Shown here: piece by piece, positions 38,527 to 48,371 of the stretch
Position numbering within the stretch: position 1 is the stretch's first letter
How the letters are laid out: each line of letters starts with the position of its first letter
From: Glaucostegus cemiculus
Lineage: Eukaryota
Length of the DNA: 64,000 bases
NCBI GenBank assembly: GCA_976551045.1
Contig: CDPCPM010000301.1
Span: forward strand, 1,240,001-1,304,000
Direction of reading: 5' to 3'
Made by a program: the position numbers and the translations under genes
The notes under the pieces: model-generated
Told to the model about the DNA's origin: nothing
Database searches by the model: none
The model's input: only the letters and a program-made list of their open reading frames with translations

Positions 38527-39175
38527 CTGATGAAAACATTATTATTTAAAAATAAGAAACTGCATAACAAAATGGGCGTTGTATGCCTCAAAAAAATCAA
38601 GAAACTGCTAAGAGTTTACTATTCTTATCTTTCAAACCAATAAATATTCCAGCAGTATTACCTCACTATCTACTGTTCTAAGAAGTCTATGTGTACATTC
38701 CTCAACAGAAAGTAATATGTCACATTGCAGAGCATTAATATGCAGTGGCAAACTTTTGTACAGGTAGGATTCTTTTCATTTCCAAGAACATGCTTCGACT
38801 ATGCAGAGATCTCAATGACTTAATCAGAAAAATCATTTTGTGATGCAGTTACCAGGGATACATATGCATTGTTACCTGGTTTGCAAGTGAAACATTACAC
38901 CTGCATACATTTTGATTTCTCTCAGAAATGCTGTGGGGAAGTGCACATGAAGTATCAAATGACAACACAAACTTGCCTCACTGCATCCTTATCTTCTTGC
39001 TATTGTTGAACTGGCTGAAAACATTATCTAACCATGAATGCACCAGGGCCAGACAATAGATCTGATGGGACAATTAAGTGTAATCCCATTGTTAAGCAAA
39101 GGTGGAATGAAATTGATAAATACTTCAGTTTTAGTACACTTTCATGACATTCAAGCATTTGACGTGATACACTAC

Positions 39176-39274
39176 CTTCTTCATTCGTCCTTCTAGATCA
39201 CTCAAGAGTGCTTTCCTCCAACAAGAAGCCCATTCTTCATTTCCAAAGTCTAAGGTTATAAGGATGACCCATAC
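39176..39274 (-). CDS. RNF213: RNF213 exon (VWVILITLDF...WRKALLSDLEGRMKK)
   Basis: tacaaag acceptor, gtagtg donor, 99 nt, phase 0/0; resembles human WKESLLGDMEWRL. Confidence 0.88.
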
Positions 39275-40864
39275 CTTTGTAAATAGATAATTAGAAAATA
39301 TAATTCTATTTGCATATGTTTAAAAACAAGCAAATTCAGATGAGTGACATTAGATTGCACAATCAAGAGGAGCTATTATCTTTCAACAACAACAGGCATT
39401 TATATTGTGAAATGTCCCAATGTAATTCACAAAAAGGGGGCAAAATGGACACAGTGCTTAAAGTGGAGTTATTGCAAAGGAATGACCCAAAGCTTGATCC
39501 AAGAGATATGTTCTGAGGGAACCTATAAAAGAAAGGGATGTGGCCTTGGGAAGGAATTTGAACAGAATGGGCAATAAGCAGTTGTGCAACAATAGTATGG
39601 AAGATGAACATCAAAGAGGTCAGTATAAAACTATGGACAGGAGTGAAACGGTTATAGATACAAAATAAAGGCTACAAAAGGTAGGTAAATTATTATGGGG
39701 ATAACAAATTTGAGGCAATTAAGGGTCACGAACCAATGTATCTCATTGAGGTCAATGGTAATATGGGCAAGGTTGCAAATAGCAGAATGTCGGATAAGTG
39801 GTAATTTTCGGAGATTAGATTTGCAGCCCAACGAGGACAGTACTGATATGACACTGGAGGTGACAAAGGCACAGATGCCAGAATATGGACGAAGCTAGTA
39901 GCAGATACAGACAACGTTACAGGGATAGAAGTAGGCTGCTTTTGTGATGGGAATGGTGTAGACTTGGCAACTTGACTCAAGATTGGATAGGGGATAGGAA
40001 GTTGTGGGTCAGTGGAGAAGGAAGAAGCTACTGGGAAAATTTGGTAGGATAACATTAGTGTATCTATGGAAAATGACCTTAACTTTCAATGATAATGCCT
40101 AAGTAAAATATGCAGGTGAGTACGAGGAAGATGATTAATGTATGGGGTGGGAATCTATCCAATGCAAATAAGTGAGACAATGTGATGGATAAACTGAAGT
40201 TTATCACTGTTAATCTAGTTTTATTGACTTCAGATAATTACTTGAGGATGAAGACATACTCATTATGTCAGCCTTGCCATGATTACTTGGTTGGAATGAT
40301 GCAAGTACTTTCAGACACAGTGAGACTTCAAGCTGCCACTGGTAGGTTTAGTTAATCGCTGGATGAGTTGTACATCTAAAATCTCATAAAATAAAGTTAC
40401 ATTTTAGGTAGCTGAAGTGTTAAAACTTTGTTACCCACATGGAAAAACACTGGGCCAGTGCTGGGACCTTGTATCCAGCCCAGCCATATCGCCACTGGGC
40501 AGATCAAACTCATGGGCTGGAAAGAAAGATTTTGTTGGCTGCTGTATGTTGCGCACTAGTGCTTCAAACTAACGATGGCTTCGGAGGCAACTCGGATTTC
40601 AGGTAAAGTTCATACTTTCTGAACATCTCACTGCCCAAAATTAATCTCAAATTTGTAATGTCAAATTACACAATCACCCAACTGCTACAGAAAGGAACAC
40701 CCACAAGGCAATAACTAGCATGTTAATAACTCAACCTTTCCACATATGGGGTACTAACTAGGTTTAAGTCCTAATATTGCTTTGAATGCAGGAACGGTGA
40801 TATACTCAGAAGAGAAAATGATCTGAGATTTGGAGAACTTTGATATGATAGCGCAGTTCAGATG

Positions 40865-41385
40865 ACTTCATGCAGTTTTGGTCACCACATTATAGAAAAG
40901 ATGTGAGATGTGCTGGAGAGGGTGCAAGGGAGATTCACTAGGATGTTGCCTGGGATGGAGTGTTTCAGTTATGAGGAGAGACTGGGGTGGCTAGGTCTAT
41001 TTTCCTTGGAGCAGAGGAGATTAAGAGGGGATATAAAAGAGGTATGTAGAATTATGAGGGGTATAGATAGGATAGTCTGCACAAAATTTTTCCCCTTATC
41101 AGAGGTGAATAAAACTACAGGGCATAGGTTAAAGGCAAGGGTAAGGGGTAAGAGATTTAGAAGGGATCTGAGGGGGACCTTTTTCACTCAGAACTTGTGA
41201 GCACCTGGAAAGCACAGCTGGAGAGAATGGTGGAAGTAGAATCGAAGATGATCACTTAAATTGCCCAAGTATAGAAGGCTGTAGGCCAAATGCTGGAAGA
41301 TGGGATTAATATGATTGATGGCCACTGACTGGCATGGCATGGTGGGCTGAAAGTCCTGTTTCCATGCTGTATGACTCTATGACCC
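40865..41385 (+). mobile_element. CR1 LINE 3' fragment with tail
   Basis: LERVQGRFTRMLPGM...LGLFSLEQRRLRGD; tail gggctgaaagtcctgtttccatgctgtatgactctatga. Confidence 0.9.
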
Positions 41386-41505
41386 TTTGAACAGTCAAAA
41401 TGAAACACATCAAATTCAAATCACCAATTAATAAGTAACCACCATTAGGTTAAACTCTTACAAATCAACATATGCAGTATGTAGTTTATTACAAAATTGC
41501 CTTAC

Positions 41506-41667
41506 CTGAAATTCATCCTGATTGAGAGAAATAAATAGTGTTTGTAGTAATCTTGAAGTAAAGACAGCCTTTAGCCAATTTCTTGTAGTTTCCAAAGCCA
41601 TTTTTAAGAACAATTCAGTGCTTGGCATTTTTTGACCTTCCTCATTTTGAGATTTCTCACTTGCAAC
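41506..41667 (-). CDS. RNF213: RNF213 exon (VASEKSQ...ALETTRNWLKAVF...DEFQ)
   Basis: atttag acceptor, gtaagg donor, 162 nt open reading, phase 0/0. Confidence 0.85.
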
Positions 41668-41993
41668 CTAAATTTAAAAAATACTTCAGCTTCTTTGCCC
41701 ATCGGTTAAAGTTAAAGTTAAAGCACTATTGTACTGAATGCACAAATAAGTGGCAGCCAATTAACTGCAAAGATGATAATGTATTTTATCTAATCCCAAA
41801 TTATCATTCTAAGAATGGCTTGTTCTCCAATCCATACAAATTTAAAATCAGATTAAAACACTCACGTTTTCCACTTATCCAGTTTTACATGAAATTACAC
41901 ACAATAATTAAAAAAATAAATAAATATTCAAAGTATTTGATTTGGAAGTTATTATAATGGATGTTTAACACAATTATTTGTTTATTCTGATAC

Positions 41994-42153
41994 CTTTGAT
42001 GAAGATTCTTTCAATTTAGCAAGTTTGCTCATCAGCACAATTGAAGTGGCAATGGTTTCTGTAAAGTTCACTTTTTTCAGAGATTTACATACAGTGATGT
42101 GGATCGTCAAGCTGGCTTTTAGACATGCATCTAAATGTTCATCACACATATCC
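41994..42153 (-). CDS. RNF213: RNF213 exon (DMCDEHLDACLKASLTIHITVCK...)
   Basis: catctag acceptor, gtatca donor, 160 nt open reading, phase 2/0. Confidence 0.83.
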
Positions 42154-42439
42154 CTAGATGTGGAAATACATTAAAATTTCAACTCATGATCAAATACATA
42201 TGCAATTAACTCCAGAAAGTAAACATTTTAGAAAGGTTCATCAGCTGAAAAATAATTAGTGATTAATTATACATGTTAGATTCTAAGAAAGGTACAGCAA
42301 TTAATCAATTTTTTTGTTAGTGAATGGAATCTTGTTTTTTTTAAAATAGTCACAAAATTAATGAGTGCCCAATGTTACCTTAAGTAACCCCAAAATGGAT
42401 GAAAACCAAAATCAGAGCACAGGTATTTCTACTGCTACG

Positions 42440-42955
42440 CTGAGGCAAGACACAGATTAGAGGAACAGCACTTCATAACCTGCCTTGGCAATCTCCAACC
42501 TGATGCCATGAACATCGATTTCCCTAACTTCAGTGACTACTCCCATCCCACCTTTTTTTCCCCTTATCCCACTGTCCCCCATCACCCTATCTCTTTCCTC
42601 TCCTTTGCCCTCTTTACCTACCCATCACTCACAAATTCCTCCCACCGGTTTCCCTCCTCACCTCCTTCCCTTTATTCCATGGTCCACTGTCCACTCCAAT
42701 CAAATTCCATCTTCTTCAGCCCTTTGTCACTACCACCAATCACCCTCCTATCATTCCCACTCTCCCCCTCCCTCACCTGGATCCACCTATCACCCACCAG
42801 TTCTTGTTCCACCACCACTCCTCATTGGTATTGGAATCTCTCCCCTTTCTTTCCAGTCCTGATGAAGAGTCTCAACTTGAAATGTTGACTGTCCAATTCC
42901 CTCCACAGATGCTGCCTGACCTGCTGAGTTCCTCCAGTTTTTTGTGTGTTGCTAT
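42440..42955 (+). mobile_element. Penelope-like element 3' end/pLTR
   Basis: LEEQHFITCLGNLQPDAMNIDF, pyrimidine-rich UTR and hammerhead core. Confidence 0.82.
42854..42891 (+). ncRNA. Minimal type I hammerhead ribozyme-like motif
   Basis: cagtc-CTGATGA-agagtctcaactt-GAAA-tgtt-gactg: stem I cagtc/gactg, stem II gagt/actt, vestigial stem III. Activity untested. Confidence 0.7.
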
Positions 42956-43094
42956 AGATATTTCTGAACCTGGTAAAAATTCACCTCATCTTTATCATTT
43001 CATGCCTGACCTTAGCTCACTTTGTACTTCATGCAATTTTAGCCGATTAAAGACATTCACAGATATTTGCATTTACAGATTTAAATAAATGTCC

Positions 43095-43128
43095 ACACAC
43101 ACACACACACACAATATATATATATATA
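43095..43128. repeat. (CA)n(TA)n compound microsatellite
   Basis: Read directly from the sequence. Confidence 0.9.
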
Positions 43129-43852
43129 ACGTAAAATTACACAAGATTTTCTCTCTAAAATTAAAACACCCCTTTCTAACTCTTTCTTTTTCAAATTTCT
43201 GTTCAATTGTCAGCACTCTTATATAATTTTGAATTGCTACATTAGGAAAGTGGTTTTAAAGGAAACACTGAAATTCCTTCAAAGCTGAAATGTAATATTT
43301 AAAAATATTCTCATATTTAAAGTAGAAGTCTGCTACCTACACAGCTAAAAATTCACTTGGATAAGAAGTGATGAAAATGTTAATACTAGTTTTGAAACAC
43401 TGGCTTTACATGAGACAGAAGCCTATTATTGTGGAATGACCATTTGCTTCTCAATATGCTAAGTTCTAAAAATATTTTTATATTGCAAGCTTCACAAGTT
43501 AAGTAATACTTCCCTGGATTTATTGACAGCAGCTATAAAGGCAGTGCTGGCCCCTAGCCTCAAACACCAATAAAACAGTGTTTTGTGGACTACATTTGCT
43601 TATTGTAAGCTGCTCTCAAATGCCTTCTATAGGGAATCGGTAGAAACCAGCAATCAAGATGTCTTCAAGATGAATGAACAGCAAGATTAATTGATACTGA
43701 AGATGGCAAACCAGGAAGTAAAAGGCTCTAATTCTTAATAACTTCCAGACTTCACAGAGACTTAAGCAGAAAAACAGTTGTATACAGTAAGCTAGAAGTT
43801 GAAATACCAATAAAAACTCTAAAACAAAAATCAAATTGAATTTTAAAATGTT

Positions 43853-44210
43853 GGGGACAGCACAGTGGTGCAACTTGTAGACCTGCTACCTTACAGCTTC
43901 AGCCACCTGAGTTCAATCCTGACCTCTGGTGCTGCCTGTGTGAAGTTTCCAAGTTCTCCTTGTGGCCCTATGGGTTTAGTCTGGGCATTCCAGTTTCCTC
44001 CACATCCCCAAGATGTGCTGATTGGATACCGTAAATTGCCCCTAGCGTGTAGATGAGTGGTAAAATCTAGGGTAGATTTGATGGGAATGTGGGAAGAACA
44101 AAATAGGCTAGGATAGGATTTTTATAAAAATAGGTGCTTGATGATTGGCATGGACTCAGTGGGCTGATGGGCCAGTTTCTGTTCTCTCTCTCTTTATGAT
44201 TCTATGATTC
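43853..44210 (+). mobile_element. Old V-SINE (HE1-like)
   Basis: ggggacagcacagtggtgca head, gagttcaatcc B box, degenerate V-domain, gggctgatgggccagtttctg...ctatgattct tail. Confidence 0.75.
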
Positions 44211-44647
44211 TGTGAAAAAGTGTAATTTTGAACTAATTATACAGTACTTAGCAAATTGTACTGCAAGCACAAGATCAGGTTTCAAGGTCAGAGAGGTTGC
44301 TCAGTTGCAGTAATGGCTTCATAAATTTTTAAAACTCCCTACCCAACAGGATTGTGGATCTACCTTCACCAAAAGAATGATAGCAATTCCAAAAGGTACC
44401 TTAGTACCACCTTCTCAAGTGTAAACAAAGATAGACTCATGCCCACATTCCAATAAATAAATAGTAAAAATACACTTAAGAATTTATTTACACCTCAGTG
44501 TAAAATATTCTGCAAAAGTTGTGTTAACTTCATGCCTGACCTGTGATTACATGTTGATAAGTTTCGGCAAGAACTACATAAGCAGAAACCTGGGAGGAGT
44601 AAAGTATCACCGTCAACAACTTTTGTATTTCTGAGCTTAACTGTAAA

Positions 44648-45710
44648 TAGAATCATAGAGCATCACCACACTGAACATGCCCTGCGGCCCATCTAGTCCA
44701 TGCCGATCTGATCTTCTGCCTAATCCCATCCACCTACACCTGGACCATATCCTTCCAAACCTCCCCCATCAATGTACCCAACCATTTAAGATCTCCCCCA
44801 TAATTATCTTGAAACTCATGGAATTATGATTACTAGATCCAAAGTGTTCCCCTACACACACATCTGTTACCTTCCCTGTCTCGTTCCCCAAGAGGAGATC
44901 CAGTGTCATGGTCTCTCTAGTTGGGACCTCTACGTACTGATTACGGAAACTTTCCTGAAAACATTTGACAAACTCTATCCCATCCAATCCCTTTATAGTA
45001 TGGGAGTCCCAGTCAATATATGGAAAGTTAAAATCACCTGCTCTCACAGCCTTATTTTTCTTGCAATTGTCTGCTATCTCTCTACAGACTTATTCCTCTA
45101 GATCCCACTGACTACTGAGAGGTCTGTAATATAGTCCCATTAATATGGTCATCCTTTCTTATTCCCTAGTTTCACCCATATTGCCTTAGTAGACAAGCCC
45201 TCTCTAAGCCCTCTCTAAGCACTGCCGTGACATTTTCCCTGATAAGTAATGCCACCCTTCCCCCTTTAATACCTCCTTATCTATCATGTCTAAAGCATCA
45301 GAATCCCGGAACATTGAGCTGCTGGTCCTGCCCCTCCTGCAACTAAGTTTCACTAATGGTTACAACATCATAATTCCACATGCTGATCCATGCTCTAAGT
45401 TCATCTACCTTACCTTGCACTGAAATAGACACATCTCAGAACATTAGTCCCGCCGTGGTCAATTAGTCGATTTCGGTCTTTGCTTGCAGGCTTAACATCT
45501 ACTTTTCCCGCAGCCACTCCACTTGCTGCACTACTACTCTGGTTCCCACCCCCCTGCAACTCTAGTTTAAACCCCACCAAGCAGCACTAGCAAACCTTCC
45601 TGAAAGGATATTGCCACCCCCCCCCCTCCAGTTCGAGTGCAAACCACCTCATTTGTACAGGCCCCACCTGCCCTGGAAGAGAGTCCAATGATCCAAAAAT
45701 GTGCAAACAC
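44648..45710 (-). mobile_element. Internally deleted CR1 (ORF1 esterase end, endonuclease and 3' tail)
   Basis: Minus strand has FLDHW...LY..GLH esterase remnants, GDFNFPYIDW and LDLLLGNE...HFGSSNHNS, joined directly to the CR1 tail. Confidence 0.8.
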
Positions 45711-46067
45711 GGCAAAGATGGTGAACACTAATAATTTTGTCATTATAACCATAAATTTCAGACTATGAAAACTGATGAGTGAAATTGAATTTAAGAAAAA
45801 AATCAGAAGATACTTAATTTGCAACTGTAAAACTTAATTCATAAATGTATCAAAATTAAGATATTATTATTTTCTGAGTGAAGTTGGTTGCAAACCAATC
45901 CTGTTTTGCTGGGCATCAAGATAAACACATGAAATTCAATTAACCACACTAGGTTCCTAGTTAGAATATGTGCCTCATGGTTAGACATCTGCTTAAATTA
46001 AACAAATTTATATTTCTATAGACATACAGTAACAATTTAGATATAAGACAGATCAGAATTTGTGTAC

Positions 46068-46123
46068 CTGTTCTGTTCACTGTACACACTTTCTTCTACA
46101 AGTTTTAAAACAGGATCCAATGC
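46068..46123 (-). CDS. RNF213: RNF213 short exon (ALDPVLKLVEESVYSEQNR)
   Basis: gctatag acceptor, gtacac donor, 56 nt; phase 0/2 is what the neighbouring exons require. Sequence conservation is low. Confidence 0.72.
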
Positions 46124-46285
46124 CTATAGCAATCCAACAACATGCAAATGAATAGAAAAACAAAATTAATGGTTACAACATCCAAAAATACTTTTTACTA
46201 TAAGATACTCTTCACAAAAGTACAATAATTTAGAAAGTAAAACAGAAACATTCTGGAAATCTTTATTAGATAAAGCAACATCCAT

Positions 46286-46322
46286 GGGACAAAGTTTCAG
46301 GTTGGTCACCTCTCATCAGCAC
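46286..46322 (-). ncRNA. Hammerhead-like core, sense to the RNF213 pre-mRNA
   Basis: Minus strand gtg-CTGATGA-gaggtgaccaacct-GAAAC-tttgtcc; perfect stem II aggt/acct, but stem I is eroded. Confidence 0.5.
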
Positions 46323-46997
46323 CCCATTCATTTGTATATGCATCTCATAAATCCAAATTGTTAACTTTGTTTCTCTCCCCACAGATTCTGCCCAGACTGC
46401 AGAATATGTCAAGCATTTTTTTTTGTTTAAATTCCCATTTTCATCATCTACAGATAATAGTTTGTAAAGTTTGCAGTATGCCATAGACTCAGTGCTTTAC
46501 TTCGAATGTAAAAAGTGTTGTAGAATTTAAAATACGTCTTTCTGACATTTTTGGTCTTGTTAAGAACAAGTTTTTTTTAAGGATGTAACTGCAAGTGATG
46601 ATGGCAAGCTTTGGTCAAATACATTGGAATGGCTACCTTAACAAAGTCACAAAGATGATGGGAAAAGAAACGAAGACGGAGCATTTAAATTAACTTGTGC
46701 AAGCCCATGAGAAAGGAAAGATATAGAAGGACATGCCACTGTACCAATTTGTTGATAATACATATTTGTAGTTCATTTAGTTGAGCACAAACACAGATCA
46801 CAAAGAATAAAGAGTATCCGGGCATTAAGATACATTTCTTGGCACTGAGAGCTGATCTTCAGGGAGAAGCCCAATGGAAAGGAGCTAGCTACTGAAGCTG
46901 AAATAAATTGATGTCAAGATCAGAGATAAGCCAGGGATAAGCCAGAAAGACAATACGTGCACAAGACAGAAATTGAGTTTAGGTGAAGATTTTCGAC

Positions 46998-47215
46998 AAA
47001 CACACAAGACACTGGAGGAACTCAGCGGGTCAGGCAGCATCTGTGGAGGGAAATGGACAGTCGATGTTTTGTGTCAAAACTCTTCATGTGGACTGGAAAG
47101 AAAGAGGGGAATGCTTGTATAAAACGGTGGAGGGGATCAGTGGAGCAAGAGTTGGTGGGTAATAGGTGGATCCAGGTTTTTGGGGGGGGGGGGGGAAGGT
47201 GAAAGAGTGGCTGAT
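46998..47215 (-). mobile_element. Penelope pLTR fragment (hammerhead core decayed)
   Basis: ctggaggaactcagcgggtcaggcagcatctgtgg block; stem I cagtc/gactg retained. Confidence 0.75.
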
Positions 47216-47426
47216 TTGTTTATTTGATTTTTACTTAATATATCTCAGTCTGATTTACGGTCTTGAGTCTGTACTTTGTAGGACTCAGTCAACATGAAAC
47301 CATAAATGACTTTGTAAATTACTTGAAAGCATTAAAGCAGCTAATAATTGTGTAGGGTACTTGAGTAGAACCATTTCCTGTGTACTAATTATTAATAAAG
47401 CATTATAATAAAACAAATGATAATGC

Positions 47427-47653
47427 TGTAGCGACCTGCGCTACCGGTGGCCGAAATGCCATCGGTGGACGCGGGGAAACGCGCAGCGTCCACGTGGTAA
47501 CGTGGGAGGCGGGATTTCCGGCGAGAGGATGACGTCACTTCCGTCAGCCATGTTTTTGATGAGTTCTGCACGTGCACACTTTTTGGTTGTCGAATAAAAC
47601 GTGTTTCACTGAGTCGCCGAGTCTTTCTGAGCCGCGTTTCACGGGCAACTACA
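47427..47653 (+). repeat. 5' LTR (227 bp)
   Basis: Starts TGTAG, ends CTACA; AATAAA at 47593-47598; aligns with 51419-51653. Confidence 0.95.
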
Positions 47654-47654
47654 T

Positions 47655-47668
47655 TGGTGACCCCGACG
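47655..47668 (+). promoter_or_regulatory. Primer binding site complementary to the tRNA-Trp 3' end
   Basis: TGGTGACCCCGACG, 1 nt after the LTR; the same sequence as the start of the classical tRNA-Trp PBS. Confidence 0.92.
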
Positions 47669-47690
47669 ATTCCAGACGGCATCTGGGATC

Positions 47691-48371
47691 ATGAATACCG
47701 ACTGCCACAACACCATTGCACTCAAGCTCCCGGCTTTCTGGACCGCACAGCCTCAAGTCTGGTTTGAACAGGCCGAGGCCCAGTTCAGTGTCAGGGGCAT
47801 CGAAGCCGACACCACGAAGTATTACTATGTGTTCAGCGCCCTCAACCAAGAAACGGCCGGTCGCATCATCAATTTCCTATGCCAGCCACTGACAGAGGAC
47901 AGGTACGCCCAAATCAAGGCACTCCTCATCCACACGTTCGGCCTTTCCCCCAGCGACCGAGCCACGAGGCTCCTCCATATGGACGGCAAGCACTCCGAAT
48001 TGATGAACGGCATGCTGGCGCTCATGGACGGCCATCAGCCGTGTTTCATGTTCCAGCAGCTTTTCCTCGAGCAACTCCCAGACGATATGTGCCCCCTCCT
48101 CACTGGTGGGAATTTCAGCAACCCATGCACCCTCTCGGCCACAGCGGACGTCACTTGGTGCAGTCGGTGGCAAGGAGTGGCCTCCACCTGTGTAGCGGCG
48201 GCCTCGCAGCCCCAGACTAAGGCCCTGAAACCCAAACCATTGGGGCCAGCAGAGGACAAAGACAAGGGCCCAGAGCAGTGGTGTTTCTACCACAAGAGGT
48301 GGGGGACGAACGTGTGCCGCTGCCGGCCGCTGTGCTCTTGCCCGGGAAACGCCGAGGCTGGCCGTCGCTAG
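47691..48371 (+). CDS. gag: Gypsy Gag (still open, 226 aa)
   Basis: KLPAFW...PQVWFEQAEAQF N-terminal motif and C-X2-H-X9-C-X3-C knuckle (CFYHKRWGTNVCRCRPLC). Confidence 0.88.
   Translation: MNTDCHNTIALKLPAFWTAQPQVWFEQAEAQFSVRGIEADTTKYYYVFSALNQETAGRIINFLCQPLTEDRYAQIKALLIHTFGLSPSDRATRLLHMDGKHSELMNGMLALMDGHQPCFMFQQLFLEQLPDDMCPLLTGGNFSNPCTLSATADVTWCSRWQGVASTCVAAASQPQTKALKPKPLGPAEDKDKGPEQWCFYHKRWGTNVCRCRPLCSCPGNAEAGRR

Noticed and set aside
38876-39062. Exon-like segment with AG/GT signals
   Set aside because: Stops in the plausible frames, and the expected peptide is already supplied by exon 38404-38526.
44541-44640. Candidate 100-nt exon next to a CR1 tail
   Set aside because: In the required phase it begins with TAA; the acceptor is repeat-derived and there is no RNF213 similarity.
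45195-45220. 11-bp tandem duplication aagccctctct
   Set aside because: Ordinary slippage inside a dead CR1.
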